Below are positions 18,692 to 28,028 of a stretch of DNA of 64,000 bases, in pieces. A program made the position numbers and the translations under genes. The DNA comes from Nitrosopumilus sp. (GTDB taxonomy: Archaea > Thermoproteota > Nitrososphaeria > Nitrososphaerales > Nitrosopumilaceae), in contig OZ252243.1 in NCBI GenBank assembly GCA_965249555.1, positions 1,536,001-1,600,000 on the forward strand, in the 5' to 3' direction. The number at the start of each line of letters is the position of its first letter. Position 1 is the first letter of the stretch. The notes beneath the pieces were generated by a model, which saw only the letters and a program-made list of their open reading frames with translations, made no database searches and was not told the DNA's origin.

Positions 18692-19768
18692 ATGAAATCT
18701 GCTAGAATCACAGGCCCAAATGAGCCTCTTGTTGTATCAGAATTTGAGACCCCTGCCCCTCAAGGAAATCAGGTTCTAGTTAAAGTAAAATCTGTAGGTG
18801 TTTGTCATAGTGATTTACACTTGTGGGAAGGTGGATATGATCTTGGGGATGGACAATTTATGAAAGTTACAGATAGAGGTGTAAAATACCCTGTAACTCC
18901 TGGGCATGAAATTGCTGGCACTGTTGAAGAAATTGGTGATAGTGTTTCTGGAATATCAAAAGGAGATAAAGTCCTAGTCTTTCCTTGGATAGGTTGTGGA
19001 GAATGTCCTGCATGTAAAGTGGGAAATGAAAATCTATGTGATACTCCTAAATCAATGGGTGTTTTTCAAGATGGTGGATATTCTGATTATGCTTTAGTTC
19101 CTAATTTCAAATATCTGGCAAAACTTGATGGTGTTGATCTAGACTCTGCAACTTCGCTTGCTTGTTCTGGACTTACCGCATACAATGCTGTCAAAAAAGC
19201 AAATGCTAATTCCCCAGAATTTCTGTTGATAATTGGAGCTGGTGGTTTAGGGTTGATGGCAATTCAAATCGCAAAAGCAGTAACTAAAGCTAAAATCATT
19301 TGTATTGATAATGATGACAAAAAATTTGAAACTGCCAAAAAGATGGGTGCAGATTTTGTTGTAAATACTAATGTAGTTGGATCTGTGTCTTCTGGAACCG
19401 GAAGTTCCACCGAAAAAATTATTTCTATTTGTAATGGTAAAGGACCTGACAGTATTATCGACTTTGTAAATGCTCCTCAAACTGTGAAAACAGCATTGGC
19501 AGTTTTACGAAAAAGAGGAAATCTTATACTTGTTGGACTTTTTGGAGGCTCTCTTGAATTATCCCTTGTGACCATCCCTCTCAAATCCATTACTATTCAG
19601 GGTGCTTATACTGGTAACTATGATGACATGGTTGAATTAATAGAGTTGGCAAAAAAAGGTGTAATAAAACCAGTCATATCAAAAAGATATGCCCTCGATG
19701 AGGCAAACACTGCCTTGGAAGATCTCAAAGCACGAAAAATTATCGGTCGTGCTGTGATAAATCCATAG
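18692..19768 (+). CDS. Zn-dependent alcohol dehydrogenase
   Basis: GVCHSD, GHE, CGECPACKVGNENLC and GAGGLG. Confidence 0.95.
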   Translation: MKSARITGPNEPLVVSEFETPAPQGNQVLVKVKSVGVCHSDLHLWEGGYDLGDGQFMKVTDRGVKYPVTPGHEIAGTVEEIGDSVSGISKGDKVLVFPWIGCGECPACKVGNENLCDTPKSMGVFQDGGYSDYALVPNFKYLAKLDGVDLDSATSLACSGLTAYNAVKKANANSPEFLLIIGAGGLGLMAIQIAKAVTKAKIICIDNDDKKFETAKKMGADFVVNTNVVGSVSSGTGSSTEKIISICNGKGPDSIIDFVNAPQTVKTALAVLRKRGNLILVGLFGGSLELSLVTIPLKSITIQGAYTGNYDDMVELIELAKKGVIKPVISKRYALDEANTALEDLKARKIIGRAVINP

Positions 19769-19838
19769 TTTGATTTATCATTACAAAATCTTATAAAATA
19801 AAAACATCAAATATTGATTTCAAACGTAAATTGTGAAA

Positions 19839-19894
19839 TTGCAGTTACCCATCTTAAAAACAAGCAATTCATTACTGCTAGGTTATTCTGAAAT
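19839..19894 (+). pseudogene. 5' fragment of the response regulator that continues at 22922
   Basis: TTG start, MQLPIL...SLLLGYSEI, which joins in frame to SEIYLFENGK at 22922 through the repeat ATTCTGAAAT. Confidence 0.7.
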
Positions 19895-20656
19895 AGAATG
19901 ATTCCATTCTTTCATCAAATCGTACTATAGTATTTGCAGCATCTATCATTGCGTTACGTAACCATGCAGAACCCCTCTTTGTTATTCCGCCTCCCCTGTG
20001 CACATCTGCGCTGTCCCTGTGCGATGGTGCAAGTCCTGCATATGAGACCAGTTTTTCTGCTGTTGCAAATCTGCTGTTGCAAATCTGCTGTTGCAAATCT
20101 GCTGATGTCAACTATCTCTGAAATTATTGTCAATGCCGTGACATAGTTTATTCCAGGAATGGTCACTAGTCTTGTTTTCCCATCCTCATTGCTGCCATCT
20201 TTGTCTCAATTGTGCTGATCTGTTTTTGCGGCATATCTATGGTGTCAAGATATGCATCCATTGCCATTCTGTCAACCTCACTCAGATTAATTTCATGCAA
20301 CCATCGTACTCCTTTCTGCGAGAATGTCTTTGTGGGTGTAATCATATTTTGCAAGTATTGCATAAATCATGTTTTTGTGTCTTGAGACACTTTGCACGCG
20401 ATTCAGTCTGGTTCTTACCAGACTGTATAGTCTATATGGTATTTTTCTGGTACAAATGATTCATACACCATGTCTGCTCTTAGCAAGTCTGCCAATACGT
20501 CTGAATCAAGTTTGTCGTTTTTTAGCTTTGCCTGTGCAATTATCTTACTTCTTTCTGGATTCCCGTTTTATTGTTGCAACACATTTTATTTTGTGAACAT
20601 CAATTCCTATACTGATAACTATATGTGAATACAAAAAGAAGTAATTCAGATAGCAT
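19885..20656 (-). pseudogene. IS110-family transposase (type 1), N-terminal and middle part with element left end; frameshifted and deleted
   Basis: IGIDVHK, KNDKLDSDVLA, TIPGI and YAGLAPS...GITKRGS motifs in several frames; left end AT-GCTATC-TGAATT at 20656-20643. Confidence 0.9.
20057..20104 (+). repeat. 14-bp unit triplicated, frameshifting the transposase
   Basis: (CTGCTGTTGCAAAT)x3 followed by CTGCTG. Confidence 0.95.
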
Positions 20657-20810
20657 AGGAAATGAACCCAAGTCCAGGAGTCGTAATCCATCATCCCCAT
20701 GGAAAATTTGCATCTCAGTATTGTGTAACAGGCACGAATTTCAATTCATAGAAGATCCGTATTTCTGTATCCCCTATAAATTTACAGAACCTTATTTGAG
20801 AATCAAAAAA

Positions 20811-22214
20811 CTATTTCCAAATTGTAACAATAGTTGATTTTTCCACGTTATTTCCCTTGCTATCAAATCCTTTGGCAGATATTTTGTAAAGACCTTCAGA
20901 GGCGGCATCGCCGTCATTTTTTATTTGATTCCATGAAAATTCTACCTTCTCTCCAGGTTCCAGATGGGACTCTGCCTGCATACTCATAGGCCTATATATG
21001 ACTATTCCAGACAGGTCAGTGATCATAAGACCATGCGATGAACTAGAAAAAGTCAGCAGAGTGGTTCCAGAATTTGCAATTTGAATTTTTATCTTCTCAT
21101 TTTGCTTAAAAACAGATTTTTCAGTAACTATAGAAATTGAAGAGCCCTCGACAAAAATTTGAGCGGGGACATCACCATCACTTGGAATTGACGGGGTGAC
21201 CTTATGATGAGGCATTATATGGGAATTCGCATAATCTACATAAGGGACAAATTGTTCATCTGGTTCCAAATCTTCAAGCTCTCTAGCTTGGGCCCTACTT
21301 GGCTCAAATTCAGACAAAGTAACAATGCCGTCATCAATGGATGTGTATACCCTAGCAGCATTATCAGCGTATGGTTGTAGTGTAGTCGCATGTACTGTAA
21401 AAGATCCAGAATCATATTTGAGATAATCAAGATTTTCTCTATCATGTATATCTGAGGCAAGATATATGACAGGTTCGTTGATAGTCATTTGGAAAGTTGT
21501 TGGGTTGCCATCAAAAGTCAATCCAGTCAAGTTGTGAGAATAGACCTCAAATGGCGGATAATAATGCTCAAGGATTGTCTTTCCATAGTAAGACAGATCA
21601 GTACCAGAAAGATCGTAATTTGCATGAGATTTAATAGAGTATATCTCCCAATCAGCAATATAACAGAATGTATCCCATAATTCTCGGGCATTGTCAAACT
21701 CTGTTCTATATGTTTCATTATAATCATCTAGTTGTTGCTGTGTCAGTTCAAATGAGGATGTTACAGTAACATCAAAAGTCTGACCAATTTGAACCCTGTC
21801 AGGTACCTGTAATGATATGGAACTTGGCAAGACGCATATCGGTATGGGATTTCCAGCGCCATATAGTTCTCCAACACCAGCTGTGGAATTATCAAATGTG
21901 TCTAGTGAGTTTGATTGTATAGTTATTGTTTTAGATTCCATACCATTTGATTTTAAATCAGACGCATTACTGACTGTCTCAACTTTGACAAATCCCATGT
22001 CTGATAATTTTTCAACAGAACCTTCATTTACACAAGCTGGAGTGTTTCGTGGCGATTCCATCAATACTTTATCATCACTGCATTGGATTTCATCTATTGG
22101 TATTCCCGAACTGTATTGTTTGAATGGTGATAAGATTTTTGTCTCTGCAAGTGCAGGCATTATGCCTATTACGACTGTTATGACTAACAGTCCAAGCAGG
22201 GTCATTTTAATCAT
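20811..22214 (-). CDS. Secreted multidomain protein (signal peptide, SPxKQ...EIQC module, unknown middle, C-terminal Ig/BsuPI-like domain)
   Basis: Probable start ATG 22214 (MIKMTLLGLLVITVVIGIMPALA) with TTAATA about 27 nt upstream; the track start 22289 lies inside the IS end. Confidence 0.8.
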   Translation of the reverse strand: MIKMTLLGLLVITVVIGIMPALAETKILSPFKQYSSGIPIDEIQCSDDKVLMESPRNTPACVNEGSVEKLSDMGFVKVETVSNASDLKSNGMESKTITIQSNSLDTFDNSTAGVGELYGAGNPIPICVLPSSISLQVPDRVQIGQTFDVTVTSSFELTQQQLDDYNETYRTEFDNARELWDTFCYIADWEIYSIKSHANYDLSGTDLSYYGKTILEHYYPPFEVYSHNLTGLTFDGNPTTFQMTINEPVIYLASDIHDRENLDYLKYDSGSFTVHATTLQPYADNAARVYTSIDDGIVTLSEFEPSRAQARELEDLEPDEQFVPYVDYANSHIMPHHKVTPSIPSDGDVPAQIFVEGSSISIVTEKSVFKQNEKIKIQIANSGTTLLTFSSSSHGLMITDLSGIVIYRPMSMQAESHLEPGEKVEFSWNQIKNDGDAASEGLYKISAKGFDSKGNNVEKSTIVTIWK

Positions 22215-22283
22215 CAATCCGTTTGGCAAATCATTTCTATTAAGTAGTATCCAGCTTGGTTGATGGAAATGTTTCAAAGTTTG

Positions 22284-22931
22284 ATCCATGTGAATTGTTT
22301 TTATACATTTCCTACTTTTTTGCGTCCCGAGGCATAGCCTTCGCTAGGACATATTCGCAGTTATCAACCGAGGCTTGTCCCTCAACATATAAAACGCGAC
22401 TTGCAGTCCTAACTGTAATTCTGTACAAATTCTCTTCTCTCTTTTAGCATCCAGTAAATCACTCGCAGGATATTTGATGATGCAGCAACTATATCTTTTG
22501 ATGAGCCTCTCTTCTTTTTAATGCGATTGTAAAATTTTGTAATGTCACTGTTCTTGGCATGTATTGTATGAGAATGAACGCATTGGATAAGGATCCATCG
22601 TACCGTCATGCTTCCCCTTTTGGTTATACGGTCATGGTGTAACCGTGTCTGCAGAATTTCTAACTGATGGCACGACTCCGACATATGCGCATAACCTGTG
22701 AGAGTCATTGAATCTCCCATACGAAATCGTCTCCAACCCTACTGAGGATACTTACTAGCATGCTTTGCTGAATCAGGACATCTCAGATATGCCTTGCATC
22801 TTATACTTTCGCTGTGTCAGTTCATGATTTTGTGTATAATACACTTTCAGAGTTAGCATGTGCCCGGATTGTTGCAAGCATCCTGTCTTGCAGCTGCCAC
22901 CTTTGTTTTCTCCTCTTTGCAATTCTGAAAT
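22284..22931 (-). mobile_element. IS110/IS1111 remnant copy A (type-1 C-terminus, type-2 C-terminus, ncRNA region, right end)
   Basis: FRIAKRR..VAAARQ fragment, then GRFND...RITKRGS...KERREFVQNYS*, then a tail ending AATTCACATGG-AT. Confidence 0.88.
22310..22411 (-). ncRNA. Bridge/seek-RNA-like region, copy A (donor loop deleted)
   Basis: Colinear with copies B and C except for a deletion between TCCT and AGCGAAGG; ends approximate. Confidence 0.55.
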
Positions 22932-23238
22932 CTATCTTTTTGAGAATGGAAAGGACGCTGTAAAAGGATGTAAGAAACTATTTTCTAAAAACAAAGAACC
23001 TGTGGTTCTTCTTGATATGGGACTGCCTGATCTTGAAGGTGATGTTGTTGCAACAAAATTACTCGAGGATAAATTGAATTTACAGATTGCAGTTATCACT
23101 GCTGATGAAAAAACAACCACACGTGTTAACAAAACAATCAGTACTGGCGTATCCGCATTTATTCAAAAACCATTTACACTTGATAAAGTCAAAAAAGCAC
23201 TAGATATTGCAGAATCTGAATATTCTTTATTACAATAA
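22922..23238 (+). pseudogene. CheY-like response regulator receiver, 3' part, interrupted by the insertion
   Basis: VVLLDMGLPD, VITA and FIQKPF receiver motifs; N-terminus missing here. Confidence 0.85.
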
Positions 23239-23728
23239 AAGCAAAGACATGTTTAGTATATTGGCATCTTTGATGTCAATCTCATTGATTCTATAATCAA
23301 TTATCTCTTCTGAAAACTTTTCTACAATTTTCTGTGATGTGTTTGCTTTTTCAGAATCGACTTGAATGATTACTAACATGTTCCATTCTCCTTCCATGTT
23401 TGCTACTAGAAGATAATTATCCAATTTTGTAATGAACTCTCTGATAGAATCTTTTACTGCTTCAAGGGACTGATGGTTTTAGTTTCATCAATATTGCTTG
23501 ATACTTGTTAATTCCAGATACATCTGTCAGAACCGCTTTATACCCTTTAATGATTCCACTTTTCTCAAGTCGTTCCATTCTTCTTCTGATTGTTCTATCT
23601 GAAACATCATGACCTGATTTTGTTAGTTCTGATGCAATTTCTTTTGATGGTGTTCTAGCATTGTTGTTGAGAATCTCAATAATCTTTTGATCAACTTTGT
23701 CTAGATTTGACCATGCATCTTCACTCAT
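23230..23728 (-). pseudogene. Lrp/AsnC regulator split by a frameshift near 23462
   Basis: HTH part LDKVDQKII...RRRMERLEKSGIIKGY, then the RAM part AVKDSIREFITKLDNY...EGEWNML in another frame. Confidence 0.8.
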
Positions 23729-23797
23729 ACTACACAAAAGTTCTAATGCTTTTTGTATTTTTGGTTGAATTTTGCCCACATACCATTTAGGGTTGGC

Positions 23798-24361
23798 CTA
23801 ATCTTCTAAAATCCAACCTGATTCTAAAATTTGCTGATCTTCTTGTTCTCCCACTCCTGTTGCAAATCTCCAAATAAATGATGCATTCGTATTCATTTTT
23901 TCTTTAATCTTTAGAAGTGACTCTATTTCGGAATTTAGATTTTGATCTGCTGTTCCATGTTCTTTACAAAACTTGCATTTGGTATCTAATGTAATTGGTT
24001 CATTTTCAATTAACGGATAAGTCATACATGCAAGTGGTCTGTCTTTGTAAATTTTGCATGGAAATCCACCATGTGGTGATTTTTTTCCACTATTTGTATC
24101 TAAGAAAGGACATGTGTTTCCATTTTTTTCAATTCCCATCAATTGATATGCCAAAATTTTTGTTGGAGCTGAATTTTTGTCCTCAGAAATCCCAATTCTT
24201 GGAAAAATTTTGATCTCTAATTCATTTAATTTTGCTAATTTTTCTATTCGTTCTTTTTCTTCAGGAAGAATTAGCACTCCTATCTTTCCAAATTTCTTAC
24301 TTGGATAATATTCCCTTTCAATACAACATTGAGAACAATCTTCTATGCACCTAAATTCCAC
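23798..24361 (-). CDS. YkgJ-family cysteine-cluster protein
   Basis: CxxxCSQCC, CPFL and CKIYKDRPLACMTYP. Confidence 0.9.
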   Translation of the reverse strand: MEFRCIEDCSQCCIEREYYPSKKFGKIGVLILPEEKERIEKLAKLNELEIKIFPRIGISEDKNSAPTKILAYQLMGIEKNGNTCPFLDTNSGKKSPHGGFPCKIYKDRPLACMTYPLIENEPITLDTKCKFCKEHGTADQNLNSEIESLLKIKEKMNTNASFIWRFATGVGEQEDQQILESGWILED

Positions 24362-24470
24362 AGATTAGTTTTCATTGTAATAGATAAAATTCCTTGTGTA
24401 TTGTGATGTACTGGAATTTGACATAATCAAAAACCCTATCAGTTATATGTTTACAATGCCAATTATCCTC

Positions 24471-24782
24471 ATGGGTAAGCGCCAAGTAAAAAATGAAAGT
24501 GCTCTTAAAGAGATCCGTCTCCCTGAAGAAGGCGAACTTTTTGGCAGGGTATTGAAAATGCTTGGAGGTGAAAATGTCATGATAAAATGTGCCGATAATG
24601 TTACCCGACGTGGTAGAATTAGAGGTAAACTAAAGAGAAGAGTTTGGATTAGAGATAATGATATTGTGATTATTGCACCTTGGGATTTTAAAGAAAATGA
24701 ACGTGGTGATATCATTTGGAGATTCACTCTACCTCAAGTGACATGGTTAAAGGAACAAAATCACATTCCTAAAGATTTCTAG
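24471..24782 (+). CDS. eif1a: Translation initiation factor aIF-1A
   Basis: GRIRGKLKRRVWIRDNDIV; start MGKRQ at 24471. Confidence 0.95.
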   Translation: MGKRQVKNESALKEIRLPEEGELFGRVLKMLGGENVMIKCADNVTRRGRIRGKLKRRVWIRDNDIVIIAPWDFKENERGDIIWRFTLPQVTWLKEQNHIPKDF

Positions 24783-24853
24783 CCTATCTCGTTTTTGACT
24801 TGGTCTGTTTTTAATAACTTACTTAATATAGTGATTAATTATTTGGAAATCAA

Positions 24854-25045
24854 ATGGAACAAGGCACCGTAAAGTGGTTTAACCGTACTAAGGGCTTTGG
24901 TTTTATCGAAAGAGAAGATGGAGACGATCTGTTTGTTCATAAATCAGACGTTGACGGATTCATCAACGAAGGCGATAAAGTCGAGTTTGAAGTAGGCGAA
25001 GGTCAAAAAGGACCTGCAGCACAAAAAGTCAAAAAATCAGAATAG
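24854..25045 (+). CDS. Cold-shock domain protein
   Basis: GTVKWFN, KGFGFI and DLFVH. Confidence 0.96.
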   Translation: MEQGTVKWFNRTKGFGFIEREDGDDLFVHKSDVDGFINEGDKVEFEVGEGQKGPAAQKVKKSE

Positions 25046-25153
25046 GCATAGAATTTTTTAATTTAAGATTTCTTTTGTTTTCTTAAATCAGTCTATCTTT
25101 TTATTATTTTTCACAACCTTAAATTTACTAGAATACACATTTAATTTCATATT

Positions 25154-25762
25154 ATGACTCAAAGAAAAAATATACCCGAATGGGATTCATTCTATAAAGA
25201 AAATAAAGTAGAAGAAATGCCATGGTATGAAAAGAATCTTGATTCTGATTTAGAATATCAAATAAATTCCATGAATCTCACTAAAGGAAAATTTTTAGAT
25301 CTTGGTACTGGTCCTGGGACTCAGGCAATTCAATTAGCTAAATTAGGTTTTGAATCCACAGGAGCTGACATATCAAAAAATGCAATAGACAAAGCCAAAC
25401 AACTTTCAAGTGATGTAAATTTTGTTGTAGATGATATACTAAACTCTGCATTTCCAGATGATTCATTTGACTATATTTTAGACAGGGGCTGTTTTCATGT
25501 ATTTGACCCAGAATTAAGAGAAAAATATCTAAATCAAATTAAGAGAATCTTGAAAGATAATGGGACATTGTTTCTAAAAGTCATGAGTATTGAAGGGAAA
25601 GGCTTACCTGATGATGAGGGACCGCAGAGATTTTCACAGCAAAAAGTTCTAGATACATTTGAAAAAGATTTTGAAGTAGTAGAAATCAAACCAACTGTAT
25701 ATTATGGAACACTTGACCCATTGCCTAAAGCACTATTTGCAGTCATTAAACAAAAGATCTAA
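25154..25762 (+). CDS. Class I SAM-dependent methyltransferase
   Basis: LDLGTGPG and FDYILDRGCFH. Confidence 0.92.
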   Translation: MTQRKNIPEWDSFYKENKVEEMPWYEKNLDSDLEYQINSMNLTKGKFLDLGTGPGTQAIQLAKLGFESTGADISKNAIDKAKQLSSDVNFVVDDILNSAFPDDSFDYILDRGCFHVFDPELREKYLNQIKRILKDNGTLFLKVMSIEGKGLPDDEGPQRFSQQKVLDTFEKDFEVVEIKPTVYYGTLDPLPKALFAVIKQKI

Positions 25763-25810
25763 TCATAGTAAGATTATTCATTCAAATCTTGGCAATGCAA
25801 ATCCCAATGA

Positions 25811-25957
25811 TTAATCTTCTTCGTCATCTTCAGGTTCCTGCATTCCATCATCTATTACTTTTAATGCAAATGCATCTGGAACAAAATCAAATGATACATC
25901 TGACGTTATTCCAATTGAAAGAACAACAGGAATAATGAAAATATTGTTAAATCCCAT
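25811..25957 (-). pseudogene. Signal-peptide-bearing remnant of a secreted protein
   Basis: MGFNNIFIIPVVLSIGITSDVSFDFVPDAFALKVIDDGMQEPEDDEED*. Confidence 0.4.
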
Positions 25958-26081
25958 GTTGATATGATTTGGTAATTAAATTAGAAGGTTAGATATGTAA
26001 TCTTTTTTTTACGGATTTTTCTAATCTAGATACGCTCATATACAAAATTATGAACTTCAAAAAAGCTATATTGAGGTTGGG

Positions 26082-26186
26082 ATGGTTAAAAGAATTCAAT
26101 GTCCATATTGTGAAAAATATATCGCAGGAGAAGGATTTTTGCAAAGACACATCAAAACTGTCCACAAACTAAAATTAACTACATAG
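26082..26186 (+). CDS. 34-aa C2H2 zinc-finger microprotein
   Basis: MVKRIQCPYCEKYIAGEGFLQRHIKTVHKLKLTT*. Confidence 0.65.
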   Translation: MVKRIQCPYCEKYIAGEGFLQRHIKTVHKLKLTT

Positions 26187-26210
26187 TTACAATAAGCGAT
26201 GAATTTTGAA

Positions 26211-26354
26211 TTATTTTATACCTTTACGTATTGCCTGATTTATCACTCTGGAGAAACTTACAGATTTTGGTGAATCCCTTATCTGTCTTGATTGTCTCTC
26301 ACGTAATTTCTTAAAGAGATCATCATCAAGTACTATGGTGATACGTTTCCCCAT
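26211..26354 (-). CDS. 47-aa ribbon-helix-helix-like DNA-binding protein
   Basis: MGKRITIVLDDDLFKKLRERQSRQIRDSPKSVSFSRVINQAIRKGIK*. Confidence 0.75.
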   Translation of the reverse strand: MGKRITIVLDDDLFKKLRERQSRQIRDSPKSVSFSRVINQAIRKGIK

Positions 26355-26516
26355 GATGTAATCCATCACTTCATACATTTTAAGTTGTTCGTTTTTTTAT
26401 TGTAACTGATTATCCTTCATAATTATATGTAAAATTATTTTGCGTGATCAATACATAATTTTCTATAATTCAAACTTACAAATTTTAAATCAATATTTAA
26501 TTCCCAGAAAATTTTG

Positions 26517-26643
26517 TGGTCCCGTGGGGCGGAATTGAACCACCGACAACCCGGTTTCTGTATGCCTGATATGCTGCTATTTGGTCAGCCATCTAAAGCC
26601 AACAACTACAGCCGGAAGCTCTACCAGGCTGAGCTACCACGGG
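26517..26643 (-). tRNA. tRNA-Tyr(GTA) with a 50-nt intron at 37/38 (26556-26605) and encoded CCA
   Basis: C1-G72 acceptor CCCGTGG/CCACGGG-A-CCA; TCCGG-CT-GTA-G[intron]A-CCGGG. Confidence 0.95.
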
Positions 26644-26754
26644 ACAAGGAAAACGAAGATCTATACTATTAAAAAACTATCGTAGGTGGGTTTGTCAATT
26701 TGATCGTTATAACGTACTATACGCATAAATACTCTTGACAGATTTTTAAGCTTA

Positions 26755-27366
26755 ATGTCAAAGCTAACATTATCTTATTCTGGTTATGTTGTTGCTCCCT
26801 ATTTGCATACTCATAGATCTATTGAACTTAAAGAAACTTGGATTAATTCAAAAAATATTGAAAAATTATTTTTTGTTACCGGCACATTTTCTAGTGAAAG
26901 CAAACCATACTTTTCTGATTCTACTAATCATTATCTTCTAGCTAAATTCAAAGATAGTGAACTGACATCACAAGATCTTGCTATGTATAACCAAGAAAAG
27001 ACTTCTTTTGTATTTAATATCAAAGATGATCTCTTCAAAAGAGAAGTTAAAGGCGAAACTAATTTTGTTTCAGTATACTATCTAGAGTATGGAGAAGATA
27101 ATGAAGACCTCCAAGTAATTGCAAACCTCTTGATAAAAAGAGACAAAATTGAGAAAGCTGGACTGGGAAACATGAATACCCGTTGCTTAAATCCTTCAAA
27201 GTTTACATTTCCATACTCTGAAAATATTGTAGTCATTGAAGTTGCAAGTGAAAAGAGTCATCAAAGTCTACAGAAATACTGCGAACAAACACGACGTGAT
27301 GTTAACAGAAAAGGATTAACATTGACTAACTTGATGAGTCTCTCCCTTCTTGATCAACTAAAATAG
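26755..27366 (+). CDS. Hypothetical protein
   Basis: 203-aa ORF with host-like composition upstream of aIF-5A. Confidence 0.8.
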   Translation: MSKLTLSYSGYVVAPYLHTHRSIELKETWINSKNIEKLFFVTGTFSSESKPYFSDSTNHYLLAKFKDSELTSQDLAMYNQEKTSFVFNIKDDLFKREVKGETNFVSVYYLEYGEDNEDLQVIANLLIKRDKIEKAGLGNMNTRCLNPSKFTFPYSENIVVIEVASEKSHQSLQKYCEQTRRDVNRKGLTLTNLMSLSLLDQLK

Positions 27367-27399
27367 AAAAGTTAAATATTCGAGCAAAAACTGTTTTGC

Positions 27400-27816
27400 A
27401 TGAGCAAGCCATCTGATCTCGGTTCTTTGAAAATAGGTTCTTACATTCTATTACCACATTCTGATCAACCAAGTGGCGAACCATGCAGAATTGTTGAATA
27501 TGATACATCAAAACCAGGAAAACACGGTTCAGCAAAAGCACGAATTGTTGGACAGGGAATTTTTGATGGTCAAAAAAGACCTCATGTAGGACCAGTTAGC
27601 ATGCAAATTCACATCCCGTTAATTAACAAAAAAGTTGGCCAAATCATTTCAATTAATGGTGACGTCATACAAGTAATGGATTCTGAAACATTTGAGACAA
27701 TTGATGTATCTATGATTGACGATGAAGTTAAAGGCAAATTAGAAAATGGGCAAAATGTAGAATATTGGGTTGTAATGGATAAAACTAAAATAATGAGGAT
27801 TAAAAGTATTACTTGA
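27400..27816 (+). CDS. eif5a: Translation factor aIF-5A
   Basis: Hypusine loop SKPGKHGSAK. Confidence 0.96.
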   Translation: MSKPSDLGSLKIGSYILLPHSDQPSGEPCRIVEYDTSKPGKHGSAKARIVGQGIFDGQKRPHVGPVSMQIHIPLINKKVGQIISINGDVIQVMDSETFETIDVSMIDDEVKGKLENGQNVEYWVVMDKTKIMRIKSIT

Positions 27817-28028
27817 TAATAACGCATTTTATCATACAGTCAACTCATCCTAAAACTGATCATTTTGTAAATATTTGATGATAATATGGATCTAACAACA
27901 CAAACATGTCTTCATGATTCATAAAGAAATGTCAGATGCTCAATGATACATATACTAGAACAATTTCAAAGTCAATTCATGGGGTGCAGGGAAATCTGTG
28001 TACAATATAAGGCAAAAAAACCGTATGT

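Larger units (their letters stand above)
19885..22931 (-). mobile_element. Integrated, circularly permuted IS110/IS1111-type element with cargo gene
   Basis: Bounded by a 10-bp direct repeat ATTCTGAAAT (19885-19894 and 22922-22931); transposase halves lie at opposite ends. Confidence 0.75.

Noticed and set aside
22858-23238. Intact 126-aa response regulator
   Set aside because: The first ~21 codons are antisense IS sequence; the real 5' end lies at 19839.
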